Below, piece by piece: positions 53,951 to 64,000 of a stretch of DNA of 64,000 bases (positions are counted from its first letter, which is position 1; each line of letters starts with the position of its first letter). The notes beneath the pieces are model-generated. The model was not told the DNA's origin. It did no database searches and was given only the letters and a program-made list of their open reading frames with translations. The stretch covers positions 71,300,001 to 71,364,000 of the forward strand of contig NC_042999.1 of assembly GCF_006345805.1 (NCBI RefSeq), given 5' to 3'. Source of the DNA: Octopus sinensis (taxonomy: Eukaryota). The position numbers and the translations under genes were made by a program.

Positions 53951-54017
53951 ATAGTTATCGCCATACTAATATGGCATTCTTATAAAAATAAGAATAAAGC
54001 TGTCCGCTTATTAGCTC

Positions 54018-54052
<35 letters not shown>

Positions 54053-54676
54053 CGGGCAATACCCCGAAACGCGTCTGTAGCTGTCGATCAAGTAGTGTGG
54101 AGCGACTGACCTCCCTTGTTCGAAGGTTATATGGATACAGTTTGTGTATCAAATAGCTAACTTAAGGCGATGGCCTCATGGAGCTAATAAGCGGACAGCT
54201 TTATTCTTATTTTTATAAGAATGCCATATTAGTATGGCGATAACTATTAATTTCCAGGAACGCTGCCGTGTTCTCTTTTAGAGAGACTTAGTAATTTTAA
54301 TATTTCTATTATTGAAAACAAGTGGATGTATTCCACCGAAACTAGGTAAATAAAACCTTCGAACAGAGATAGTCGGAAGCGACACCTACTGGTCTGACTA
54401 CGCTACATTGACAAGGGGCAATACCCCGAAACGCGTCTGTAGCTGTCGATCAAGTAGTGTGGAGGGAGCGACTGACCTCCCTTGTTCGAAGGTTATATGG
54501 ATACAGTTTGTGTATCAAATAGCTAACTTAAGGCGATGGCCTCATGGAGCTAATAAGCGGACAGCTTTATTCTTATTTTTATAAGAATGTCATATTAGTA
54601 TAGCGATAACTATTAATTTCCAGGAACGCTGCCGTGTTCTCTTTTAGAGAGACTTAGTAATTTTAATATTTCTATT
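53951..54676 (+). mobile_element. Retrozyme/pseudo-LTR-like non-autonomous element with 12-bp TSD
   Basis: TSD ATTGATTAATTG (53939-53950, 54677-54688); 71-bp inverted piece (53951-54021 = reverse complement of 54177-54247); (GT)n; tandem units 54054-54310 and 54416-54676 (period 362-366). Confidence 0.85.
54402..54443 (+). ncRNA. Type I hammerhead ribozyme motif, U3-A8 core variant
   Basis: GCUACA-UUGACAA-GGGG(CAAUA)CCCC-GAAA-CGCG-UC-UGUAGC; perfect helices I and II, palindromic ACGCGU helix III, GUC triplet. Confidence 0.75.
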
Positions 54677-55494
54677 ATTGATTAATTGCTTATGAATATA
54701 TCAATGGCCAAACAAGTCATCATAGATTACATGAAAGAAGAATGTTTATAATTATGAATAAATCACAATTATAACGATTGCAAAAACCCTCACATGTTTA
54801 GAAATATCAGTGAGAAACCACTATAAAGCCACTATTATCACTCATATTATATCTCCTCAAAATAAAGCGACATGACATATAAAATCCACATTTTAAAAAT
54901 AAAATTTTAATTCTCTATTGCAATTTCGAGGTTAGGAACCTATTATACCATATCATATACCGTATCGTAAAATAACGGATATAAAACAACAATGTAACGA
55001 CTCCACTCCTCCCTTCAGGAGAATATTCCTATAGATACAAATTGATACAGAATCTGACGTTGGGGCTTACATGTATTCCGATCGGCAAAAAAAAAAAAAA
55101 AATGTAAACCTCTGTCTACACATTCAAATTCTGAATTCCAACGTAATACACAGCGTTTATGAGAAAAGACTCGTAAATGGAGCCAGAGTAAAATCACCGG
55201 ATATGAGTCAGCAAATGAAACAATTAAAAAGAAATGTAATAATACATTACAAAAGATATATCATAAACAATTAATAATTATTTATGAATATATTAATGGC
55301 CAAACATGTCATCATAAATTTCATAAAAGAAGAGTATTTATAATTATGAATAAATCACAATAAAAATGGAGAGTGTTGAAAAAACCCTTACATGTTTAGA
55401 AATAGCAGTCAAAAACCACTAGTTCTAAAGTTGTAAGGACTTTTGCGACCCTCCCCGTATTAATTGTGATATATTCATAATTATAAACAGCCTT

Positions 55495-55591
<97 letters not shown>

Positions 55592-55609
55592 ATATATATG
55601 AGACGCCAT

Positions 55610-55796
55610 GATAGATCGTTAGCCACTACACACATTTTTTTCTCTCCTTGTTTCTCTCCTTGTTTTCTGTGTCCCTTTCTGTAGAAGAGCATAGAGTCGA
55701 AACGTAAAATACTTTTTCTATTCCTGAGCGTTATACTAATACATCTGTTTGTTTTGTACACCACCTGTCTTCATCTGTTGCTTTTTTTCGTAAACT

Positions 55797-55800
<4 letters not shown>
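55610..55800 (+). mobile_element. Interspersed repeat with a degenerate hammerhead-like motif
   Basis: CTTT-CTGTAGAA-GAGC(ATAG)AGTC-GAAA-CG-TA-AAAT at 55675-55710; a related downstream sequence occurs inverted at ~31046-31158. Confidence 0.55.
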
Positions 55801-55881
<81 letters not shown>

Positions 55882-55895
55882 TATATATATATTTA

Positions 55896-56775
55896 CAGGG
55901 TGCGGTTAATAAATTGTCTTCTAAATTACGCAAAAAGAAAAATAACACTAACATTTCATTTTAACAAATATATTTACCAAAATTACATTAGAATATCTTG
56001 AAATACTAAAGAGTAAATTTACTCAATAGAACCGCCATTGGCTTCAATTACGATCTCCAGGTGACCTGGGGATCTCCTGCAACTCTTCTGGAGAGCCTCC
56101 TTGTTTAGGTTTGTGAATGCTACCATAACTCTTTCCTTCAGTTCATCGTTGGGGTTACAAGGGGTTTTAATGGTCTCTCGCTCAACTGCGCCCCACACAA
56201 AATAATTAAGTGGGATTGCAGTTTGGCGAGTTAGATGGCCAGATTTTAGGGGTGATATGGTCGCAGAAATTGTCTGAAAGCCATTACTGGATTCTCCTGC
56301 TTGTGTGGCATGGTGCAGAGTCCTATTGCCTGACATAGGGCCTTCCAGCAGCCACCCTCTTGACCCAGGCCAGTACTATCTCTTCCAGGCACTTATTGTA
56401 GGCCTCCATGTTGAGTCAGAGGCCGTGTGGGAAGACGAATGAAGGCATAACGTCGTCCTCACTAGCGATCACTCCAAGCATCATGATGTTGACTGGATGC
56501 TTAATTTCTTTCACTCTTGGTACATGTCCTCAGATTGCATTGTTTTCGATTGACACCAAAACACTCTGAAATATTCGAATTGGAGCTTCCGGCGTGAATG
56601 CCAAGCAGTACAGCATGTCGTTTCCAAATCTCTAGCAGAGTGAAGAGCGTCACGGTACTGCTTTTCTCACAGACGCTGGCCAACTGGCCGTACTGTGTAG
56701 TCGACTAAATCAAAAACAAAGCGCACGCACAAAATAAAAAATATAAAATGGCGACAATTTACCCATCGCAACCTG
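55896..56775 (-). mobile_element. Internally deleted DD37D (maT-like) Tc1/mariner element, 880 bp
   Basis: TA flanks; TIRs CAGGGTGCGGTTAATAAATTGTC / GACAATTTACCCATCGCAACCTG; VPRVKEIKHPVNIMMLGV, DSAPCHTSRR, PLNYFVWGAVERET, LEIVIEANGGSIE*. Confidence 0.85.
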
Positions 56776-56904
56776 TATATAGGTAGTGTGTGTCTGAGTT
56801 TGTCCGCCCCCGCCATCGTTTGACAGCTGATGCTGATGTGTTTATCTCCCCGTAACTTAGCGGTTCGACAAATTATATGTTAATCAATCAGTCGATCATT
56901 TACT

Positions 56905-57344
<440 letters not shown>

Positions 57345-60300
57345 AGGATAACTTAGGATGTCCACAATTCCACCCAGTCAGCTACACGGATCACAAATTG
57401 GTGACGTGTACGCTAGACTTAGATAAGGCACATAGACAGGGTCCTGGGTACTGGAAACTGAACGCATCATTCCCGTCCAGACAAGTTTTCAGAGACCGGA
57501 TTAGCACACTAGTAAAGAGGGCTTTGACGGGAGCCATCATCAACAACAAATGGTGGTTTGCCCTCAAGAGAGCAGTAAAAGCAGAAGCGATTAGGTACAG
57601 CAAAGCACTAGCCATAGATAGAAATAGAGTAGAGGGTGAGCTAGTTAAGAAGCTAGAAGAGGCAATTAGAAGCGGCATCGCATCCGACGTTTTGGCGGCG
57701 AGGTTGGCCCCCGACCAACACTTCAATGCCAAACACGAAGGATGTGCTGTCAGAGCTAGGATGCGTGCTCTAAGGAACGAAGGTGTTGGAGCCGCGAGAG
57801 AGGCCCGGGTGGCAGAGGCGCAACAGGGCAACAAAGCCACCATTCGGTCACTGGTAGATGAACAGGGGCGCGAATTGCTCGAGCCAAGTAAAATGTGTGA
57901 GGCCTTTCAGCAGCATTTTGCCCGACTGTTCGGGACGAGTGGAGGGCAAGAACGTAGGGTGGACTTCAGTGCCTATCTACATAGCCTGCCACGACTCTCG
58001 ACAAGAAAGGCAGGGTGCTGCGAAGGTGCCATCACGGCGGCGGAAGTGCAGGAAGCGATAGCAGAATGCTCGAGGGACAAATCACCGGGTTTGGATGGTC
58101 TACCCTACGAGCTTTACAATTGTATGCCAGACTTGTTTGGAGACGTCTTGGCAGCGGTATACTGCAACTGGCAGCAAAACGGGAGCATACCCGGTTTTGT
58201 GAGTCGAGGAGCTGTAACTCTGCTGAAGAAAGATCCAAACAAGGGAAACATTATAGATAACTTTAGACCAATCACGCTGCTCAATGCAGACCTGAAAATT
58301 TTGACAAAGGTGTTAGCCAAGAGGTTGGCGCTTGTCATCGAGAAACTGGTCGACAACGCACAAACGTGCGCCGTGCCGGGCCGGAGCATCCATGACAACC
58401 TCCATCTGTTGCGCTACATCATAGACAGGGTAGTTAACGAACCTGGCATGGGTGGGGCCCTGATCAACTTGGATCAATCGAAAGCCTTTGATAGGGTAGA
58501 CCATCGATACTTGGAGGCAGTCCTGAGAGCGGCTGGTTTCGGTCCCGTCTTCCGCGGCTGGATAGCTGCCTTGTACAGAGGCATCCGTTCGGTAATTCGC
58601 GTAAATGGACATCTATCGAGACCTTTCGACATTGCACGTTCGGTCCGTCAGGGATGACCCCTCTCGACGCTTCTATACGTATTGACTCTTGAGCCACTAC
58701 TGCGGAAGCTGGCGACTCTAAGGGGCATCCCGCGAGAATTGGGATGCGGGACGAGCGTGTCTGCATACGCGGACGACGTCACCGTCAAAGTGTCAAGCCA
58801 CGAGCACATCGAGCGGGTCGGCGAGACACTGAAAGACTACGAAGCGGTGACAGGAGCAAAAATCAACCGGGAAAAGTCAGTGGGTTTGCGGCTCGGCACC
58901 TGGAGAAGCAAGCCCATGCAGTCCACCAGTACCTCCGTCGTGGGACGCTGGACAGACGGCTCGGTTGAGTTGCTCGGGGTCTGGTTCGGTCCGGACCTCC
59001 AAATGGAGAAGAACTGGAACGAGATAACGAGTAGGGTGGTCACTCTCGCCCAGCAATGGGCCGAGAGGAAACTGTCCCTAAAAGGTCGGGCGGAGGTGGT
59101 GAACGCGTACATCGCGTCCATCATCTACTACCGCCTGACCGTCGTACCTTGTCCCGACCCTACCATCACCAAACTACAACGCATTCTCTTCCGCTTCTTG
59201 TGGAAAGGATGTGTCCCGATGGTCAGGCGATCAATTTGCTGTCAACACCCGTTAAAAGGAGGGCTGGGCACGCCATGGTTGATGATGCACAGACACGCGC
59301 TGAGACTGCGACATCTCCGGCTCTATGTAGACGACGGTGAACAGGTGTGGTCGCCGTTTGTGAGGCACGCATTCCCGCAACTCGTCTCCATGACCGAACT
59401 GCAGTCGTGGATCAAAAAGAGGCCGAGGAAGGGCGTTGCTCTCAAGCAACTCTGCCGTCCCGAGTCGACCTTGAGTGACTTCAACACAACCAAAGCATTC
59501 TATAGGGGATTAGTGGAGGGGAGGTACGACGACGAGCTCGGGGCAAACCTGGGCGTTGACGAGGAATACCTGACCCACCTGTTTCAAACGACTTTCGGCC
59601 CGGGACCTATGGACAACTTCCAGAGATCCCTGGCCTGGCGGTGCTACCGAGAAGCGCTACCGTTCGGGATAAGCTCTATAGGCATGGCTCGAGAAACACG
59701 GGGCCGACCTGCCCGAGATGCGGGCAGAGCGACGAAACCGCTCTGCACGCAATCGTGCAGTGTCCAGCAATTTCACACTGTGGGCTTATGTCGAACGACT
59801 GCTGTCACGTGTGGGACGTGTCGGTTTATCAGCCGAGTCTATCGTTAATATCGTCACGCCTCCTTCCTTCAAACGGGAAGGAAGAGCTATTTTTATCATA
59901 CTTGTGGCTATGGCGAAAGAATGTATCTGGTGGACGCGCCTGAAAGGATTAGAGACAAACACTTTCCTCTCTGGTCAATCTCTCATCAACTTCTTCAAGT
60001 ATCACTTGAAGAGGAAAGTGAGAGTAGAGAGGCAAGTTTTGTCTAGTGAATGTTTTAAAAAAAGATGGGTGAATTTAGCAAGGATGGCACGTATGAATGA
60101 CGAAGCCACCTTGACTATGATTTTATGAACCATAAAAATTAATACAGAGAGTTGCTTATTTGCAAAAAAAAAAAAAAGAAATATAACATGTGACTTCATT
60201 GACCGAGGTTACCGTGGTCTTTTCCGTAGGCTTTTCTTTCCACGGGTAAACCTCACCTGTCCTCCCCTTTACACTTCATATTGACATTTCTGTGATAACG

Positions 60301-60488
60301 ATCCCTATTATTCATTTTTTTTCCTCCCCCCCCTTTTTTTAACCCTTCCCTTTTTTTGTCCTTTTTCTTTCCTTTTACGATCCCTTTTGATCAAAAACCA
60401 CCACTCTCTTTTTTTTACCCCCAAAAGAAAAGCTCTACCTTGTAATTTGTTCTATCCGTGTGCAGCCCTGTGTGGCTAATAAAGAAAC
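57345..60488 (+). mobile_element. 5'-truncated Tx1/L1-clade LINE (ORF2 pseudogene + 3' UTR)
   Basis: YTDHKL..GPGYWKLN (APE end), KSPGLDGLPYELY, FRPITLLNADLKIL, DQSKAFDRVDH, VRQG*PLS (stop at 58655-58657, same frame resumes), YADD, CPRC..ETALHAIVQC knuckle; about 2 frameshifts near 59660 and 59775; ORF ends at 60128; AATAAA at 60478. Confidence 0.92.
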
Positions 60489-60544
60489 ATATCTATCTAT
60501 CTATTATTTTGGTCGTGTCAATCAATTGCTTCTCTGAATTTAAT

Positions 60545-60545
60545 A

Positions 60546-60594
<49 letters not shown>

Positions 60595-62832
60595 TGTGTA
60601 CAGTGCTCAGGTGCACTACAACTCATCTAAAGTGTATATATAATCAGGTGTAGTTTCGGCGGATTTCGGAAAGCATGAGGGCCTTAAAGGATGCAGTGTC
60701 ATGGCAGTCAACAACTGACGCAGGCAGTTTATTCCATGCTTCAGCAACTCTGAGCGCGAAAAAATGTTTCCGAAAGTCATGGGAGCTGTGTTGTTTTCTG
60801 ACTTTGTAGGCATGTCCACATGTGTTAGACACATGGAGATCAAAAAGGTGTTCAGTGTTGTTGTTGGTGAGGTGGTTGATAACTTTGTGGGTGTTTACCA
60901 AGTCCATCGCCAGACGCCGGAGCTTCAGTGAATCCATGCCCAGGGAAGCAAGGCGGTCAGAATATGGTAGGTGTCTGATGGAGGGTATGCGTTTGGTTGC
61001 ACGTCTCTGAACAGATTCCAGGAGGTCAATGTTCTGAGCAAGATAGGGGTTCCAAACTGATGATGCGAATTCCAAGTGTGGTCGTACCATAGCTGTATAC
61101 AGTTTTAAATAGATGGCTGGAGAGCGGCTAACAAAAGTCTTGCTGAGTGATGCCAAGACACCCTCGGCCTTCTTGACAATTTTAGAGATATGCTTTGTCC
61201 AACGCAAATCACTGCTGACAGTGATGCCTAGGTCACGCTCGCAAGAGGATTTCTTGATATCAGTGTTGTGGAGGGAGTATGTGGACGCAGGGTTTTTTCT
61301 CCCAAAATGCATGGTGGTACACTTGTCCACAGCCAGTTTCAGTTGCCAGTCTGTGATCCATTGCTGCATTGTGTCTAGGTCTGATTGCAGGAAAGAGTTG
61401 TAGACATCAGGATCTGTCCTCTTGATTTCAAAGTACAGCTTGATGTCGTCTGCATATTTCAATACTGTGGCATTCTTTAAATTGGCATCTATGTCATTAA
61501 TGTATGCCACAAACAAGAGGGGACAAAGGACAGATCCCTGTGGTACACCCGATGACATCTCATATGGTGTAGAGTGCTGTCCTAGAACTGTGACTACCTC
61601 CTTTCGGCTGAGGATGAAGGATTTCAACCAGTTAAAAAGGTCATCCCTCACACCCATTACAGAGAGTTTCACCATAAGCCTTTTGTGTGGCACAGAGTTG
61701 AAAGCCTTAGCAAAGTCAAGGTAGACAACATCCACCCATGAGCCACTGTCAGTGATCTGAGTAATGTCCTCAAGGAACTCGACAAGCTGATCACTGCAGC
61801 TGGAGTTAGGGACAAATCCATATTGTGAGGGTCGGATGAAACTGTGAGAGCTCCAGAAGTTCCAGAGTGTTTCTCTGACACACGATTCCATCAGTTTTGC
61901 AATACAGCTAGTGAGACCGACTGGGCGATAGTTGACAGGTGATGTGCGGTCGCCCTTTTTGAACAGAGGAATGACACTGGCAGTTTTCCACTGCTCCGGA
62001 GTAGCACCATTGTTGAGACAGTACTGGAAGAAAATAGAAAGCTGGTGTAAAAGGAAGTACCTGCCACGTTTGAGAAGCAGGTATGTAACTCCATCGAGAC
62101 AAGGGGAGGCATAGTTGCGCTTATTTTGAAGGTGACGTCGCAGCATTGCAGGTGTAAATTCCATAGTTGTTATGGAATTTTCTGTTAGTGATGGTGAAGA
62201 TGGTACATTTTGACTTTCAACAGTGAATATGTTTGCATAGCACTCGGCAATGAGTTCTGCGCATTCCTTGGGGTCGTCAGTGATCTGGTTTGTGTGAGGG
62301 TTGCGAAGAGGACCCACTGGAGAGTGAGGTCTCTGCTTTGAATGCACATATTTCCAGAAAACCTTGCTGCCAGGATTGGCTGCTATGCACTGTTCAAATT
62401 CAAGCACTGCTTTTTTTGTTACTTGCTTGAGATGGTTGGAAGATTTATTCCGCTTCTTCCTGTTGGTGTCTGATTTATGCAACTTGTATTCCCGTTCAGC
62501 AGTCCGACGTTCCTTCCTGGCAAGTCGGACCGCTGAAGTTTCCCAAATTGCCCTTTTGGGGCGGTTCTTCTTTTTCTGTTTACGTGGCACTGATGCTGCA
62601 CATGCTGCCCATATTGAGTCCAGGATACTCTGGAGTATAGTATTCACACCTCCAGAGTTGTAGAATTCACGCCAGTTTGGGTGCTGTAGTTCAGCGTGGT
62701 ACAGGTTCCAATCTGCTCTCTTCCAATCGAAGGAAGCAGATTGGAGATGGTTCAGGTTTTTGTTGCCCGCAAGAGCCAGATTGGCGATGATCATAGCATG
62801 ATCAGAGTCACCTAGAGGTTCCTCCGTAGTGC
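60545..62832 (-). mobile_element. 5'-truncated CR1-group LINE with (ATT)n tail and 8-bp TSD
   Basis: AATTTAAT at 60537-60544 and 62833-62840; tail ~60545-60594; 3' UTR stem-loop AGUGC-ACCUGA-GCACU; starts in the APE end (PLGDSDH). Confidence 0.92.
60644..62794 (-). CDS. CR1-type ORF2: linker + reverse transcriptase (716 aa, endonuclease missing)
   Basis: NYRPVGLTSCIAKLME, QYGF, VDVVYLDFAKAFNSV, GVPQGSVLCPLLF, YADDIKLY, ERDLGI, VRPHLEFASSVWNP, LESVQRRATK, FFALRVAEAWNKLP; no internal stops. The initial Met is not a native start. Confidence 0.85.
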   Translation of the reverse strand: MIIANLALAGNKNLNHLQSASFDWKRADWNLYHAELQHPNWREFYNSGGVNTILQSILDSIWAACAASVPRKQKKKNRPKRAIWETSAVRLARKERRTAEREYKLHKSDTNRKKRNKSSNHLKQVTKKAVLEFEQCIAANPGSKVFWKYVHSKQRPHSPVGPLRNPHTNQITDDPKECAELIAECYANIFTVESQNVPSSPSLTENSITTMEFTPAMLRRHLQNKRNYASPCLDGVTYLLLKRGRYFLLHQLSIFFQYCLNNGATPEQWKTASVIPLFKKGDRTSPVNYRPVGLTSCIAKLMESCVRETLWNFWSSHSFIRPSQYGFVPNSSCSDQLVEFLEDITQITDSGSWVDVVYLDFAKAFNSVPHKRLMVKLSVMGVRDDLFNWLKSFILSRKEVVTVLGQHSTPYEMSSGVPQGSVLCPLLFVAYINDIDANLKNATVLKYADDIKLYFEIKRTDPDVYNSFLQSDLDTMQQWITDWQLKLAVDKCTTMHFGRKNPASTYSLHNTDIKKSSCERDLGITVSSDLRWTKHISKIVKKAEGVLASLSKTFVSRSPAIYLKLYTAMVRPHLEFASSVWNPYLAQNIDLLESVQRRATKRIPSIRHLPYSDRLASLGMDSLKLRRLAMDLVNTHKVINHLTNNNTEHLFDLHVSNTCGHAYKVRKQHSSHDFRKHFFALRVAEAWNKLPASVVDCHDTASFKALMLSEIRRNYT

Positions 62833-63572
62833 AATTTAATCAGAAGAACCTGGAAACCTTGTATACAATAACATAACACAAATACAAAAAACAAAAGCCC
62901 CATTGCATCTGTCTAACGAACATAGGCTCGAAATATATTTTACGTAGTACGCTTGCAATGCAAATAAATCCACTGAGAAATAATATTACTTCGAAGAAAT
63001 TTCGATAAATATACGAACGTTAGTCAATTGGCTGTCAGTTTGTGTTTTTATAGCGCTGTATATAAAATAATGTTCTGATATGTTTAGTAACTCACTTTTA
63101 TGTTTTTTCAGGTATAAACAGTTCGGAAGTTTTTCGGCAGTAATGTACTTTTACAGCAAACATAATATACCTTTTATGTGACAGAAAAAAGCTACAATTA
63201 ATAATATAGTATCGTTGTGGTTATCAGGATGTAACATAATTTACATTTTGATAGGTATCATTTCACAGTCATGTTTCTCTTTATACGCATACATACACAA
63301 ACACACACACACATGCGTACGTACATGCGTACAAACATGCGTACATACATGCGTACATACATACACGCATGCATACATGTATATGTCAATATGTACTATG
63401 TACAGATGCATAGACATATATCTACAAATGTATATATTCATATATATACATATATATATATATATATGTATATATATATGCATGTATGTATATATAAACG
63501 CGTATAAATATACATACATATACATATATATATACGTACATATGAATATATACATACATATATATATATATA

Positions 63573-63627
<55 letters not shown>

Positions 63628-63810
63628 CCATCGCTCGACAACCGATGACGGTGTGTTTACGTCCTCGTAACATAGCGGTTCAGTAGAAGAGACCAATATA
63701 ATAAGTACTAGCCTTACAAAGAATAAGTAGTGGGGTCAATTCCTGCGACTAAAGACGGTGCTCCAGCATGGCCGCAGTCAAATGACTGAAATAAGTAAAA
63801 GGAATAAAAG
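63628..63810 (+). mobile_element. SINE family A, 3' part
   Basis: CATCGCTCGACAACCGATG...GCTCCAGCATGGCCGCAGTCAAATGACTGAAA. Confidence 0.8.
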
Positions 63811-63864
63811 ACTATATATGTATATGCATGTGTGTGCATAGCTATCTATCTATCTATCAGTGAG

Positions 63865-64000
63865 GGCGCGTGGCTTAGTGGTTAGGGCATTCGGCTCATG
63901 ATCGTAAGGTTGTGAGTTCGATTCCCGGCGACGCGTTGTGTCCTTGAGCAAGACACTTTATTTCACGTTGCTCCAGTTCACTCAGCTGGCAAAAATGAGT
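63865..64000 (+). mobile_element. SINE family C, 5' part (runs off the window)
   Basis: GGCGCGTGGCTTAGTGGTTAGGGCATTCGGCTCATGATCGTAAGGTTGTGAGTTCGATTCCC tRNA-like head plus GTGTCCTTGAGCAAGACACTT core. Confidence 0.88.

Noticed and set aside
54312-54355. Second hammerhead-like string in the 362-bp monomer (TTGAAAA..GTGG/CCAC..GAAA-CTAGG-TA)
   Set aside because: Helix II does not close on the core (extra CAA and C) and helix I pairing is poor; worth rechecking only in a family consensus.
63865-63935. tRNA(Met)-like sequence (also 53545, 43547, 38591)
   Set aside because: No proper acceptor stem, and each runs into a repeated SINE body; these are SINE heads, not tRNA genes.

Overview
AT-rich, microsatellite-dense, repeat-saturated animal DNA. 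The tRNA-headed SINE families and LINE types look like Octopus (cephalopod) repeats; this is recognition from memory, not a database result. I can support no host exon, rRNA, true tRNA or CRISPR array, so the window is probably intergenic or deep intronic. Almost all ORF-track entries are translations of microsatellites. The protein-coding content is all transposon-derived: a 5'-truncated CR1-group LINE with an unbroken 716-aa ORF and an 8-bp TSD (60545-62832, -), a lightly decayed Tx1/L1-clade LINE (57345-60488, +), several R4/Dong-like RLE-LINE fragments, an RTE fragment, a decayed Penelope-like RT/GIY-YIG element (~12.8-14.4 kb, -), Tc1/mariner relics and MITEs, and two Helitron-type ends. 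The most notable signal is a set of unrelated, short, non-coding insertions that each carry a minimal type I hammerhead ribozyme motif with a palindromic helix III, plus an inverted 5'-truncated copy of themselves (14.7-15.6, 15.6-16.2, 43.3-43.8 and 53.95-54.68 kb; weaker cases at 11.7-12.2 and 55.7 kb). One has a compensatory U3-A8 catalytic core and a 12-bp TSD supported by an empty paralogous site in the window. Another is a tRNA-headed SINE with a hammerhead in its tail. Together they suggest a family of Penelope-mobilised, ribozyme-bearing non-autonomous elements. All alignments and mismatch counts were done by eye; boundaries of decayed elements are approximate.
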